A program made the translations under genes and the position numbers. The notes beneath the pieces are model-generated. The model was not told where the DNA came from. It ran no database searches and saw only the letters and a list, made by a program, of their open reading frames with translations. 57,648 nt of DNA from Candidatus Omnitrophota bacterium (GTDB lineage: Bacteria; Omnitrophota; Gorgyraeia; B26-G9), in contig JAHITY010000023.1 of the NCBI GenBank assembly GCA_018817165.1, positions 1-57,648 of the forward strand, given 5' to 3'. Positions 30,624 to 41,217 of the stretch are shown piece by piece. Positions within the stretch are counted from its first letter, which is position 1, and the number at the start of each line of letters is the position of its first letter.

Positions 30624-31163
30624 TTATTTTTTCTTTATGCTATTGATAATCTCGTCAAATATATATACTTGAGACGGATCAAATCGCGGCGTGACCTTTG
30701 CTTGAAAAAATAAAACCTGATTTCCCGTTTGTACTGCCGCCTCTAATTTCTTAAGATACGTCTTATTCCCTTTCCCCTTATAATCATAAACCCCTTTTAT
30801 CCCATTTAAACCATTCACCATGATAACCTGCTGCTGCGGTATTATATTATATTGTATATCAAAAGCGTCTCCTTTGATAAATTCATCAAGCGGCTTATTC
30901 GCTGAATTATCCAAAAGGATTATATCTACAGTGGCAGTATATCTTTCAGTATTAAATGCTCTATGCTCGATAACTTTACATCCTAATATATTTCTCGATT
31001 CTATTCGCCTGCTTTTCCAGCCATGCAAATGATCAAAATCTATTCTTAAAGATCCTATAGTAAGAAAATAATCGCCGCTAACACCTTTTGCCATTCCTTG
31101 AGTTGTTATCAATACTGCAAAGATCAGAATAATTACACCTATTACTACATTTATTTTTTTCAA
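30624..31163 (-). CDS. Exported hypothetical protein (PsbP-like end motif)
   Basis: Signal peptide; GGAGGT RBS; ends FDEIINSIK. Confidence 0.65.
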   Translation of the reverse strand: MKKINVVIGVIILIFAVLITTQGMAKGVSGDYFLTIGSLRIDFDHLHGWKSRRIESRNILGCKVIEHRAFNTERYTATVDIILLDNSANKPLDEFIKGDAFDIQYNIIPQQQVIMVNGLNGIKGVYDYKGKGNKTYLKKLEAAVQTGNQVLFFQAKVTPRFDPSQVYIFDEIINSIKKK

Positions 31164-31182
31164 ATTTCACCTCCATTTTTTA

Positions 31183-31240
31183 TTTCAACTTTTGAGCTCA
31201 GACTGAAATTAGCGTATAGCACCAAGCGTTTAGAGTTTAG
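31183..31240 (-). repeat. attC-like right arm plus heptamer repeats
   Basis: GTCTGAG-CTCAAAA-GTTGAAA, next to agcgtat-agcacca-agcgttt-agagttt. Confidence 0.55.
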
Positions 31241-31311
31241 AAATTAACGAAAACTTTAAATCTTTAAACAACAACCCTAAGATATTCATTAAAATGTCGC
31301 TATCCCTTTTT

Positions 31312-32535
31312 TTATTTCAGTTTGTTTATAGATTTTAAAATTATTGAAGCGATATTTTTAGCGATTATTTGGTATCCTTCTTTTGTGCAATGCCGATCAT
31401 CTTTGGAGATAAAATATTTTTCTAGTGGAGCTTGTATTAGTAAATTATCAAAAACCGATTTTTGATCAACTAAAGGTATATTATTTAAATTTGCGATTTC
31501 TAACATTACTCTCGAATCATCATGAGGATACCCAGAAAACATCAATGTAATCCGCTTTTCTTTACAAATTTTTACAATTGAATCTAGATTATCTGACAAT
31601 ATTTGGCTTGAGACAGCGCTATGCAGGCCTAACTCATCTATTTGAATCCCTAAATTAGCAGACTTATTGTCTATTTTTAAGTCCAGTGCTTTTTTGTAAA
31701 ACATTCTAGATTCATTATATTTCTTTAAAACTAAATAATAACCAGCCTGATGTATATAACTATTGTATAATTGATTTCTAAGAAAGTTATTTCCTGGAAA
31801 ATCATTTAAAAGATAGCGGTAATTTCGAATACTCTCTTCAATTTTATTTTGCCTTATTAACGCATCCTTTAATTCTAATTGTACTATTTTATTATTAGGA
31901 TCAGACCGAAACAATTTTAATAGGAGCTCTATTGTTTTATCGTATTCACAATTAAGCTTATGCCGTCTCGCGACCTCTAAACTTGAGCTAATGCCTTCTA
32001 ATTGTGAATTGTTTTTTCTGAATTTGCATTTTAAATTTTCAATTGAGATATTGAGCAATTTTAATATCCGAAATTGTGAAAGAAAAATTTTACTTTTAAT
32101 GAGTAAATATATATTTTCAGCTTTAACATCCTCAAAATTATAATGGTCGTTGCACCCTATCATAACAATAACAATATCCGGCTTAAAAAATTTCAAGTTT
32201 TCTTTTAATTTTAACAAAACTTGTGAAGAGTTCTGTCCAGGGACGCCTAGGTTGTACACTTTAAATCCCCTGACTTCATTTTTTTGTTTTAAAATTTCTT
32301 CTAGTTGCGCAGGGTAGCTATTTTTAAAACCAGCTCCTACCCCATAGGTAAAAGAATCGCCCAAACAAATAATATTAAATTTTTTGGCATCTATTTGAGC
32401 TGATTCATACCGAGGAGAGTGCTGTTTTTTATAAAAATTACTATAAATGTTCAGGGATAGCTCAATTAAAACAAAAGCCAAAATCAGACCCCAAAGAGCT
32501 AATAGCAATTTTTTTTTATTTCCAATTTTAGACAT
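31312..32535 (-). CDS. SGNH/GDSL hydrolase with an inserted TPR region
   Basis: GDSFTYG, NLGVPG, GCND, DRHCT..GY; helical TPR-like insert. Confidence 0.85.
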   Translation of the reverse strand: MSKIGNKKKLLLALWGLILAFVLIELSLNIYSNFYKKQHSPRYESAQIDAKKFNIICLGDSFTYGVGAGFKNSYPAQLEEILKQKNEVRGFKVYNLGVPGQNSSQVLLKLKENLKFFKPDIVIVMIGCNDHYNFEDVKAENIYLLIKSKIFLSQFRILKLLNISIENLKCKFRKNNSQLEGISSSLEVARRHKLNCEYDKTIELLLKLFRSDPNNKIVQLELKDALIRQNKIEESIRNYRYLLNDFPGNNFLRNQLYNSYIHQAGYYLVLKKYNESRMFYKKALDLKIDNKSANLGIQIDELGLHSAVSSQILSDNLDSIVKICKEKRITLMFSGYPHDDSRVMLEIANLNNIPLVDQKSVFDNLLIQAPLEKYFISKDDRHCTKEGYQIIAKNIASIILKSINKLK

Positions 32536-32746
32536 AGAGTATAGACAGGTTATTTAATCTAAAGTTAATTTAAATTCACATTTAACCTATAATATAAGCG
32601 AATCAGATAATCTTATCAAAGCATTTTCCCACCATAAACTTTCAACTTTAAGTCTTCAAACAATACACCCTTAAAATCAACGTATAGCGATTAGAGCTTC
32701 GTTTTCACTTTCGCGGGCTGATTTCTTTTTCCCCATATTTCCATTA

Positions 32747-34363
32747 TTACAATATAAAGTCTGTGGATAAAAACTTTGATTTCCGCTCTCTGACAATCAG
32801 ATCAATAATGCTTTTATTTAAATCTGTATCTTTTGCCGCAACAAGAGTTCTAATAGTGAAAACCTTGAGTGCGTCTGAAACAGAAAGCGTTCCCTCAGCA
32901 GAGTCTTTTCTTCCTGTAAAAGGAAAAGTGTCCGGTCCCCGCTGACATTGGGAATTAATATTTACTCTGCAGACTTGATTAACTAATGGATCAATAATAT
33001 TAGCTATTTGCTTATAATCTTGGCCAAATATGCTAACTTGTTGTCCATATGGCGAGTCCTGGACATATTTTAAAGGAGTTTCGATGTTTTTATATGCAAC
33101 AATCGGCACTATCGGCCCAAATTGCTCTTCGTGATATATTTTCATCGCAGCGCTAACTGGATATAAAATAGCAGGATAAAAAACTGTTTGATTAAACGTC
33201 CCACCATTAGGATTCATTATTTTGGCACCATTGTTTATAGCATCGTTTATTAAATTAGTCAGATATTCACTTTTGCCTGGCTCAGGAAGCGGGGTAATAT
33301 TCACATTTTTTTCCCAAGGCATGCCTATTTCCAGACTACCTAATTCTTTAATAAATAACGAAATAAATTCATCAATAATATCCTCATGAACAAAAAGTAT
33401 TTTCAATGCCGTGCATCGTTGCCCATTATATGAAAGTGAACCGATCAAACACTCTTTCACTGTTGAAGAAAGCACAGCATCTTTTAGAATTATTCCGGCA
33501 TTTTTAGCCTCTAATCCCAGCACTGATTTTAAACGGTGAGGCTTGGGATGTTGTTTTTTCAAGATATCCGCCACACGGCTTGAACCAATAAAAGCTAAGA
33601 CATCTATTCTCCCTGATTTCATCAACGGAGCTATAACTTTTTCTCCTTCCCCATAAATAGTATTTACAACCCCTTTAGGAAATGAATTTTGGAATGCTTT
33701 CAACAGCGGAGAATGCAGTAAAACGCCAATTTTCGGAGGCTTGAACATTATCGTATTACCCATGATCAATGCAGGAATAAGCGTGGTAAAGGTTTCATTT
33801 AAAGGATAATTAAATGGACCCATACATAAGACAACTCCCAAAGGAGCACGCCGGATCTGACCAATAATCCCCTTTTCAATCACAAATCTTGACGCATTAC
33901 GGTCAAGCTCTTTTAAAGCGTCGATTGTATCTACTATATAATCAATCGTTCGGTCAAATTCTTTTTGCGCGTCCTGAAGCGTTTTACAGATTTCCCACAT
34001 AAGGATATTCACCATCAAATCCCTTTGCTTTTTCATCTCAGCAACAAATGCTTCGACACATTTTATTCTTTCCGCAACCGAAAATGTAGGCCAGATTCCT
34101 TTGCCACTGTCATAAGCCGATACTGCCGCATTTAACACTTCCAGCGCTTCTTTCTCAGACATTAGCGGATACTTTCCAAGATATTTACGCTCTAATCCAG
34201 ATTGGGACTTAACATAAATCGGCGAATAAACAGATTCGAACTCTCCGCTCCATTTTACTATTTCACCAGCAGATAAATATCCATCCTGATTAATCGGTAA
34301 AATTTTATTCTCATTCGGGATTTCACTTTCTTCAGAAAATATTTCATTAAGCAAATTTCTCAT
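32747..34363 (-). CDS. gapN: NADP-dependent non-phosphorylating glyceraldehyde-3-phosphate dehydrogenase (ALDH family)
   Basis: GPFNYPLNE, GLEAKN, GQRCTA, EEQFGP, QRGPD.FPF.GRKDS. Confidence 0.85.
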   Translation of the reverse strand: MRNLLNEIFSEESEIPNENKILPINQDGYLSAGEIVKWSGEFESVYSPIYVKSQSGLERKYLGKYPLMSEKEALEVLNAAVSAYDSGKGIWPTFSVAERIKCVEAFVAEMKKQRDLMVNILMWEICKTLQDAQKEFDRTIDYIVDTIDALKELDRNASRFVIEKGIIGQIRRAPLGVVLCMGPFNYPLNETFTTLIPALIMGNTIMFKPPKIGVLLHSPLLKAFQNSFPKGVVNTIYGEGEKVIAPLMKSGRIDVLAFIGSSRVADILKKQHPKPHRLKSVLGLEAKNAGIILKDAVLSSTVKECLIGSLSYNGQRCTALKILFVHEDIIDEFISLFIKELGSLEIGMPWEKNVNITPLPEPGKSEYLTNLINDAINNGAKIMNPNGGTFNQTVFYPAILYPVSAAMKIYHEEQFGPIVPIVAYKNIETPLKYVQDSPYGQQVSIFGQDYKQIANIIDPLVNQVCRVNINSQCQRGPDTFPFTGRKDSAEGTLSVSDALKVFTIRTLVAAKDTDLNKSIIDLIVRERKSKFLSTDFIL

Positions 34364-34394
34364 TTCTTCCTCATTTTTCTATTAATTTGCATTT

Positions 34395-34757
34395 TTATGC
34401 AGTCAAGAAATACCTCGATGCCTCCACAAACCCGAGATTCCAGATAAACGCTCCTAAAAATAAAAATATGACTTTCATCCAATTCGGGATTTTAGTAGTA
34501 AAATAAATAATTATAGCCGCCCCCCAAATAGTAGCTCCAATTATTGTGGTAATACTATACCATTTAGGAAAAAATTTATAACTAACCATTAAATATCTCA
34601 CCATACAATAGGGAGAAGCAAAAAGTATGTATGGAATTGATTCAAAAGTGTAATATTTTAAATCAAAATACGGTTCAAGCTTTAATAACGATACAATAAA
34701 GGGAGCAGTAAAATATCCTGATGCCGTTGTCACTAGAGCTATCCATATTTTTTTCAT
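34395..34757 (-). CDS. Hypothetical membrane protein
   Basis: Hydrophobic 120 aa; GTTGGGA core just upstream. Confidence 0.65.
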   Translation of the reverse strand: MKKIWIALVTTASGYFTAPFIVSLLKLEPYFDLKYYTFESIPYILFASPYCMVRYLMVSYKFFPKWYSITTIIGATIWGAAIIIYFTTKIPNWMKVIFLFLGAFIWNLGFVEASRYFLTA

Positions 34758-34767
34758 TTTTTTTATC

Positions 34768-34804
34768 TCCCAACGTTTGAGCTTTTATCCTGAGGACTTG
34801 CCCC
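34768..34804 (-). repeat. Collapsed spacer: GGGG junction, REP remnant and attC right arm
   Basis: GGGGCAAGTC-CTCAGGATAAA-AG-CTCAAAC-GTTGGGA. Confidence 0.6.
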
Positions 34805-37237
34805 CTAGTTTTCCAGATATTCCCCTGTTCTTATACCCTCTTTAATAAATGCGGACAATTGTTTATATTGTTTTACATTCCTTATAACTAATTCCGGATT
34901 ACTGCTGCCTGTAGTATTAATCGTAATATTCCCTGTGCCGAAAATTTTATTCATTAATCCTTGATTAGAATTAGTAAAATCTACTTTATTAAAGATTATC
35001 GATTTTTGCTTTTTAAAAATAATCCCTGATTTCGTGTAAATACGGTATGCGTCCAAATTATAGGAGATTGATTTTATAGATATAGTGGCTAACACAATGA
35101 TAAGCACATTCACAATGGCTAAAGAATAATATGCCAACATCGGTATGGAATTCATAAAAATAATATAAAAGCTCCCCACACATATTAAATCTAAAAAGAA
35201 TAACCCAATACAAACAGGAAAAACAGAGTTTAGCAAACTCTGTTTAAAACATTGCCGCGGCTTATAAGATGTATCTTTTATCTGCTTAATGAGTTCTTTC
35301 ATTTCTTCAGTATCTGGACGTTTATAAAAAATCGTGTCAATAAACTCATCTAAAACAGAAATACCCTTAGCATATTTAATTGTAATTGTATTGCTTTTAA
35401 TATAATTGCCCTCATTGGTCTTAATTACTGTCTCTCCGGCAACATTAAATTTTAAATTTCCATAATTTGACCAAGGGTATTTAACTGTTTCAACATCTTT
35501 TATATCGTCATAAAGGATGTAATAGTTTTCCTTCAAAATAATCCCTTTCGCGAAATGCAGATAATCTTCGTAAAAAATTAAACTCTGATTATTTGAAGCT
35601 AATTTTTGATATACGCACAAAACTACAAAAATCGTGCTTAGAATTATCACCGGAATCCATGTAATCTCTGATGAAAAAGCAGTAGCTAATGCCATTAAGA
35701 ATAATAATGCATTTGCCCCGATATTGCCTGATATAAAATTAGCCGGATTAATACTGGATTTTAGTGTGCATAAAACTCTTTGCGTCCTTATGCCCTTCTT
35801 AGATAAAATCTTCTCCACTAATAACTCTGAATTATCAATATTTCTAAAGGTTATATTATTTCCTGAGCCAATTGACCAGAAAAGAACACTGCATGTTTTA
35901 AGCCACTGGTCAAAAAGGCTGGTTTTAAAAATAATTCCCGTAATTTTATCAAATGAAAATTCCGTAGTCTTTCGCGATAAAAAACTGTATGTATGTTCTG
36001 CTGCATTGGCCTTTATTTTAAATATATTATGTTTTACATTAATGATATTACTGATCGCAAGCGCTATGCCCAGAGGAAAAATTAGGATTAAAATTGGAGA
36101 TAGCAATAGCGTAGGCATCCAGACTCTCTGAGAATTCATTCTAAATTCTTCCTCATATTCTGTATCTACTTGCGTCTGCCTTTGAACTGATCTTTCAGTA
36201 GTTGCATCTTTTGATTCAGAAGAAAGCAATTCATCCATCTTGTCATTTATTAAAGAGTCTTTCTGTTTAGCAATTAACAAGTCAATGTTTTTAGAAAGTT
36301 TTTCGCCATTAGCTATATTTTTAAATAGAATCTCCTGCGCACTGCCCTGACAACTTAATTTCACATCATATAAATTAAGTTTTTTACTTATAAAAGACTG
36401 AGTTATTTCAGAGTCAGATAGGTTTTCCATGGGGATAATCGAGAAATTCTTATTAAGAAATCCTTCTGCATATGTAATCGCATCATCGTAAAGTTCATAT
36501 ATTCGATTTTTTAAATCTAAAAAATGAAAAACTGCTCGGATGATTATCACCAAGACAACAACACCTATACAAATAATTAGCATTACTGCATTCTTTGTAA
36601 TAAACTGCACAATTTCTTCCCATTTCATATCCTCTGCCAAACCTACTGCAATACCGGAAACAACAAAAAATGCGGTAACAATACCCCCAAAGACTTCAAA
36701 AAACACAGCGATGCTTTGCGGTCTTTCCTCCTGAATAAGGTTTTTTTGAGCAAGCCTAAACCCGTTTTGTTTCATAACCTCGATAATTTGTTTATAGAGC
36801 TCTTCTGCTTGTTTTACAGACTTTAAGTATATTTCTGTTTGAGAACTACCGGCAGATTCAATCTTGATAAATCCAACACTAAAAAAATTATAATCCAAAA
36901 AAGGCAGCCGCATTGTTAAATGCGTTATATTCTTAATTTCTAATTCTTTCTCAAAGTCACTAAAAAGTCCGCCGCCTTTGTGCACCAGCTTATCAACATA
37001 GACATAGTACTCCTCTTTCTTATACCGGCTATCTGAAACAATAAAGCTCCCGCCGACAATAAAAATAAAACCTGCTAATAAATAAAAAGCGGATAAAGGC
37101 ACAAGCAGCTTAATAGCAAAATAAGCAATTATAAGAAGGATGCCTACGCCTATTGCTACCTGAATAAGATTATATATTACAAAAGCCTTATAATCTGGTT
37201 TTAGCATCCTAGAGCTTGGCTCATTATTTTCAACCAT
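34805..37237 (-). CDS. Membrane protein with tandem bacterial PH (bPH_2, YdbS/YdbT-like) domains
   Basis: About five TM-pair + (Y..GI...I...QG....FG.G.I.I.TAG)-like units; 810 aa. Confidence 0.8.
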   Translation of the reverse strand: MVENNEPSSRMLKPDYKAFVIYNLIQVAIGVGILLIIAYFAIKLLVPLSAFYLLAGFIFIVGGSFIVSDSRYKKEEYYVYVDKLVHKGGGLFSDFEKELEIKNITHLTMRLPFLDYNFFSVGFIKIESAGSSQTEIYLKSVKQAEELYKQIIEVMKQNGFRLAQKNLIQEERPQSIAVFFEVFGGIVTAFFVVSGIAVGLAEDMKWEEIVQFITKNAVMLIICIGVVVLVIIIRAVFHFLDLKNRIYELYDDAITYAEGFLNKNFSIIPMENLSDSEITQSFISKKLNLYDVKLSCQGSAQEILFKNIANGEKLSKNIDLLIAKQKDSLINDKMDELLSSESKDATTERSVQRQTQVDTEYEEEFRMNSQRVWMPTLLLSPILILIFPLGIALAISNIINVKHNIFKIKANAAEHTYSFLSRKTTEFSFDKITGIIFKTSLFDQWLKTCSVLFWSIGSGNNITFRNIDNSELLVEKILSKKGIRTQRVLCTLKSSINPANFISGNIGANALLFLMALATAFSSEITWIPVIILSTIFVVLCVYQKLASNNQSLIFYEDYLHFAKGIILKENYYILYDDIKDVETVKYPWSNYGNLKFNVAGETVIKTNEGNYIKSNTITIKYAKGISVLDEFIDTIFYKRPDTEEMKELIKQIKDTSYKPRQCFKQSLLNSVFPVCIGLFFLDLICVGSFYIIFMNSIPMLAYYSLAIVNVLIIVLATISIKSISYNLDAYRIYTKSGIIFKKQKSIIFNKVDFTNSNQGLMNKIFGTGNITINTTGSSNPELVIRNVKQYKQLSAFIKEGIRTGEYLEN

Positions 37238-37260
37238 ATTTTCTCCTTTTTTTATTTCTA

Positions 37261-37354
37261 CAGATAAACTTATAGCGTTAAGCGTTTCGGAAAATGTCCC
37301 TTAAAAGCTCTAGTTATTTAATTCGTCAATTTTTCCGTTTTCCGGGTCTGAGCC
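37261..37354. repeat. Spacer module shared with 53051-53088 and 39630-39654
   Basis: gataaacttatagcgttaagcgtttcggaaaatgtc; ends ggtctgagcc 2 nt from the stop codon. Confidence 0.6.
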
Positions 37355-37356
37355 TA

Positions 37357-38154
37357 TTATTCCTCCTTCATCATATCCTTCATCATGTTGCCCATGGAAA
37401 ATCCCTTTTTTTCTACCTGTACTTTTGCCGCGTCGAATTTGTCGTCCGTAATCCCTGTATTAACTATCAGCGACTTGACGATAACAGTAAACATAAGTTT
37501 ACCATTCATATACGTGGTTGTTTTATACGGCATCTCCCAATCACCTTTAATTTTTTTATAATCGGAAAATTCCGTGATTATAATTTCTTTTTTTGAGCCT
37601 TTTCCCTGTATACGCATGGGCACAAGATTTTTCTCAGTCAACCATATAGTATTAAAAGGCGCATCCTTTTGCTCTGGGATTTCCACAACATAGCACTCCC
37701 GTCCTCCGACGTTTTCTTTGCCTTTAATCGTTGCTTTGTCTGAAATAAAATCCCACCAGTTTTTATCTTTTTGTTGTTCCAAGCTCTCTTTTGGGAGAAG
37801 TTTTTTCTTGCCCATCATAGACGATATCATCCATGTATCTTTTCCGTCAAAAATGATCGTGTTCTTCATCGGCCCCATACTCTCCGGCATGCCGGGCATA
37901 TCGATTATACTCTCACTGCGGAATTTTTTACCCTTTTGGAGAGATGTCATCTTCACAATCATATCACCATCCGGCGTAATCGTAGTCATCTCCTGAGTGA
38001 TATTGATGTCCTTAATATCATTGAGAAACTTATCTTGATTAGCCTTTATCTGCTGCAACACTTCCGGCCACTGTACCGCGAAGCCTAGTCCCGACACAAT
38101 CATTATTATCAACATTGCCATAATACCTGTCACCAACACCTTACTTTTCCACAT
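37357..38154 (-). CDS. LolA-like outer-membrane lipoprotein-sorting family protein
   Basis: Signal peptide after ATG 38154 (GGAGG RBS); G.E.VGGR.CYV, YKKI.G.W.P, N.GI.DD.F. Confidence 0.75.
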   Translation of the reverse strand: MWKSKVLVTGIMAMLIIMIVSGLGFAVQWPEVLQQIKANQDKFLNDIKDINITQEMTTITPDGDMIVKMTSLQKGKKFRSESIIDMPGMPESMGPMKNTIIFDGKDTWMISSMMGKKKLLPKESLEQQKDKNWWDFISDKATIKGKENVGGRECYVVEIPEQKDAPFNTIWLTEKNLVPMRIQGKGSKKEIIITEFSDYKKIKGDWEMPYKTTTYMNGKLMFTVIVKSLIVNTGITDDKFDAAKVQVEKKGFSMGNMMKDMMKEE

Positions 38155-38236
38155 ATTGCCTCCTTTGCAAGTTACACTAGAGTACACCCCTAGTGTGGAC
38201 TCTTCATCTTTCAGCCAATTTTTAATACCTTGCGAT

Positions 38237-38308
38237 CGTTTCTTCATCGAACACGTCCTTCGGATATTGTACCCGATTTTTGGTGTCCGTCAAGTCCGGG
38301 CTAGCTCA
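38237..38308 (-). mobile_element. IS3-family left-end remnant (IRL, promoter and first orfA codons)
   Basis: TGAGCTAGCCCGGACTTGACGGACA is 20/25 identical to the IS3 IR at 57509; contains TTGACG-16-TACAAT and ATGAAGAAACG. Confidence 0.7.
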
Positions 38309-38391
38309 TTATGTCACTCTATTTCCCTTTTTAGTTTTCGGCGCATGAACCTATTATTCTACTTTTAAATCTAGCCCAGCTATTCTTCAAT

Positions 38392-39414
38392 TCAAACAAT
38401 AACCTCTTCTCTAATATAATATTTCTTGAGAAGCATCGCGATACAATAGCTAAATATTACAACCAGTATAATTGATATATACAATCCTATTATTTGATTG
38501 CGAACAAAAACAAGTACTATTTTTTTTACAGGACTAGTCAAGAATGGATGTACGCAATAAAGCGCCAATGAATATCTGGACATATATTTAATTACCCTAT
38601 TTGGCTTTATCTTCGGATTTAAAGCAATAAGAAATATAGCAAAAACAGCAAACAGCAGAGATATTCTTGTATACCCTGGGATTGCATATCCTTGCCCAGC
38701 AAAGAATATCTGTCCAACTGAAAACTTCCATTCAAGTATGGAAAAAAATACACACAATAGCATTGAAAGCGGTATAAACATATTTCTATTTTCTATAATC
38801 TTATTTCTATTTCGCGCAAACAAAACTGCGGCAAATGAAAGCGGGATGAAATTTAAGGGGCTCCAATAGGCGCTTAAGGCATAAAAACCAGTAACTTTGG
38901 TGATCTGAGGTAAGAATGCCAATAGAATAGCAGAACTTAAGAATATTGACCGTTGAAGAGTTTGGTTTAGCTTAAGGAAAAAATACACAACAAAAACACA
39001 AATAATTAAGCTACTAAAAAAATAATAAATTGTCTGGCCAGCACTCAATATTATATAAATAAATTCACTCAAAGAAAAGGGGTAAATAGCGGCTAATCCA
39101 TGGAATCCTTGAGAATATATGATTAATGCTATCGGCCAAAATGATAACAGGATTATTAAACGTGCCAAACGCTTTTTTAACACTAATAAGCTAACCGGAT
39201 TGGAAGCATACAAATAAATTGATATAAAAATAAACGTTGGAACCGCCAATAGCAGTATATGAAAATTCAAAAAATCGGATATACCAAAAATATGGCCCAG
39301 ATACCCCTCTTGCGAAAATATAAGTGATTGCCCCACTCCTCCCATATGCCAAACAACGACAAAAATTGACATAATTGCTCGGAGATAATCTATTCCTTCT
39401 ATTCTAGGTTTCAT
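38392..39414 (-). CDS. Acyltransferase family 3 (OafA-like)
   Basis: IDYLRAI...VVVWH, AVPTFIFIS, S.YSLALY.VHP. Confidence 0.88.
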   Translation of the reverse strand: MKPRIEGIDYLRAIMSIFVVVWHMGGVGQSLIFSQEGYLGHIFGISDFLNFHILLLAVPTFIFISIYLYASNPVSLLVLKKRLARLIILLSFWPIALIIYSQGFHGLAAIYPFSLSEFIYIILSAGQTIYYFFSSLIICVFVVYFFLKLNQTLQRSIFLSSAILLAFLPQITKVTGFYALSAYWSPLNFIPLSFAAVLFARNRNKIIENRNMFIPLSMLLCVFFSILEWKFSVGQIFFAGQGYAIPGYTRISLLFAVFAIFLIALNPKIKPNRVIKYMSRYSLALYCVHPFLTSPVKKIVLVFVRNQIIGLYISIILVVIFSYCIAMLLKKYYIREEVIV

Positions 39415-39429
39415 AATTTATTTTATTCC

Positions 39430-39778
39430 TCCTAGCGTTTGAGCTTTTACCCTGAGCACTTATAGTCAGCCTAGCCAATAGCCAATGAAACATAGTTCAT
39501 CCAGTGTAAAATTCACAGTCAAAAAGTTTCAATTAAACCCGATCACAGCTTTTTTATTTTTACTATTCACAATTAGCCATAAGCTATTGACTGTTTTCTT
39601 AAGCAAATTTTATGTTTTACCAACAAATCAGCGTTAAGCGTTTAGAAAAATGTCCAGATTCTCCTCTAGAAAAACATCGAGACAAGCCAGAGTTGGCCCT
39701 GTTTTCGTACGCTATAGCGGAAAGGAAACGCCCCGCGTTATCTGATTGCCTATGTTTTCAGTTTTCAGTGCCTGCCCC
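39430..39778 (-). repeat. Long mosaic spacer (attC-like arms, REP remnant, heptamers, GGGG junction)
   Basis: Right arm at 39430-39444; left-arm module cttaagcaaattttatg at 39598-39614; 39709-39778 is homologous to 55069-55139. Confidence 0.7.
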
Positions 39779-39783
39779 TGTTA

Positions 39784-40200
39784 TTATTCTTTACGATAAA
39801 TTGTTCCAGTTTCAGGGTCTATCACTAAATCTACTGTTTTCACACCGGGAGGAGGAGTTGTTAAATTAGCTAAGTTAAGGCCTCCTGTAAAATTTCCTTT
39901 CACAGCATGAACTTCTGACCATTTATTATCCTTTTTACCCAGGCTCTGTTTATTATCATCGTCTGGGAATACATCAACATTATCAAAGAAAAATTCACCT
40001 TTTTCATTTGGATCACTAAGCAAAACTTCAAAAATACGAAAATTAGTTCCTGGAAAATTTCGTTGCAATCTAAACCTATGGCTGTCATCTCCTAATGAAA
40101 AATCAGTATTAACAAAATATATTCCTCTACCCAGAGCTGCCGACTTTACTCCTATAGTTCCATTAACATCAAGAGCATGTTCAGAATTATTTTCGCTCAT
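39784..40200 (-). CDS. Hypothetical protein
   Basis: 138 aa; GGAGG RBS; coupled to the lipase gene. Confidence 0.65.
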   Translation of the reverse strand: MSENNSEHALDVNGTIGVKSAALGRGIYFVNTDFSLGDDSHRFRLQRNFPGTNFRIFEVLLSDPNEKGEFFFDNVDVFPDDDNKQSLGKKDNKWSEVHAVKGNFTGGLNLANLTTPPPGVKTVDLVIDPETGTIYRKE

Positions 40201-40226
40201 ATTGCCTCCTTCTTTTTAAAAATCAA

Positions 40227-41096
40227 TTATTTGTCATTGTTTCGCTTTAGCGCCCATTGTGCTAGCTTTTCAGAATAAATCGCAATAGAATGATGCTCTA
40301 TACTTTCCTTCTTATTCTTCCAAAAACCCCGCAAACGAAAGAAATCATTATAATTTGAAATAACTTTTACCTGAGAAAGATCTTCTCCGCAATCCGTCAA
40401 ATAACGCATATCACCATGATGCTCATATCCTTTAAACTTCACAAGAAAATCTTGCATCTTCTTTACTGGGATTAGTAATAATACATCTATTAGGTAAGCC
40501 GTAGGGGCAAATGGAACTATATCAAAAGCATTTACCACCCGATAAATCGGAGCCTTTATATTATCATCAAACTCATCATTACCAACCATAGGACTGCCAT
40601 AGGTATAACAGGCTGCCAAATTATCAGAGTCCAAGCAGCGAGTCGCAATTAAAGCCAATGCCCCTCCCAAAGAATGCCCGGTTATATAAAGCGAGTAAGT
40701 CCCGAGCTTTTTAACCTCAGCGACAATATCCGCTTTAACATATTCAAACGCTTTATAAAAACCATCATGAATTTTTGCCTCATCATTATCTTTATAAAAT
40801 TTAGAATTTAAATCAGCCATTATATCCCTGGGGTCTTTAACCTCTGTCCCCCTAAAGGCTAAAACAGCTACTTTATCAATATCTCTTTTAGCGATAAATG
40901 CCTGCGTCCCCTTACAATCAAATACCTTAATCAACTCAAAATCCGCCTTTTTCAAAGCAGTTTTTAACTTATCCGAATTATTTTCAAACTCAAAATAAGC
41001 CAATTGAGACATTTCTGCCATTAACCAAGCAGTCCTGTCACTATACGCCGCTCTTTTAACTGGCGACTTTAATAATTTTTCATATTTAAAACACAT
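40227..41096 (-). CDS. Lipase class 3 family protein
   Basis: LAFRGTE, IHDGF, ITGHSLGGALA, TYGSP.VG, D.VP, HHS..Y. Confidence 0.92.
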   Translation of the reverse strand: MCFKYEKLLKSPVKRAAYSDRTAWLMAEMSQLAYFEFENNSDKLKTALKKADFELIKVFDCKGTQAFIAKRDIDKVAVLAFRGTEVKDPRDIMADLNSKFYKDNDEAKIHDGFYKAFEYVKADIVAEVKKLGTYSLYITGHSLGGALALIATRCLDSDNLAACYTYGSPMVGNDEFDDNIKAPIYRVVNAFDIVPFAPTAYLIDVLLLIPVKKMQDFLVKFKGYEHHGDMRYLTDCGEDLSQVKVISNYNDFFRLRGFWKNKKESIEHHSIAIYSEKLAQWALKRNNDK

Positions 41097-41146
41097 CTTA
41101 CCCTCCCAACTTCACTAAGTAAATCACACTACCTATTTACCGCCTT

Positions 41147-41215
41147 ATCTAACTTTGAGCTCAGGCTGAGGAAACGCACAACGTTATCCGGTTTTCCTGA
41201 AGCGAATTTTTATGT
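41147..41215 (-). repeat. Near-complete 69-bp attC site
   Basis: ACATAAA(R'', AAC>AAA)-AATTCG-CT[T]CAGG(L'')...CCTGAG(L')-CTCAAA-GTTAGAT(R'). L''/L' pair with one extrahelical base; the site starts 2 nt after the stop codon. Confidence 0.75.
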
Positions 41216-41217
41216 TT

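Noticed and set aside
32640-32660. Possible attC right arm (ttcaactttaagtc)
   Set aside because: No L' box and far from a start codon; too weak to count.
38155-38247. N-terminal extension MKKRSQGIKNWLKDEE as the true start, or as a radC gene
   Set aside because: The ATG belongs to the IS3 remnant and a better start with RBS and signal peptide is at 38154. The likeness to RadC (IKxWxxDERPRE) stops before RPRE and is too short to call.
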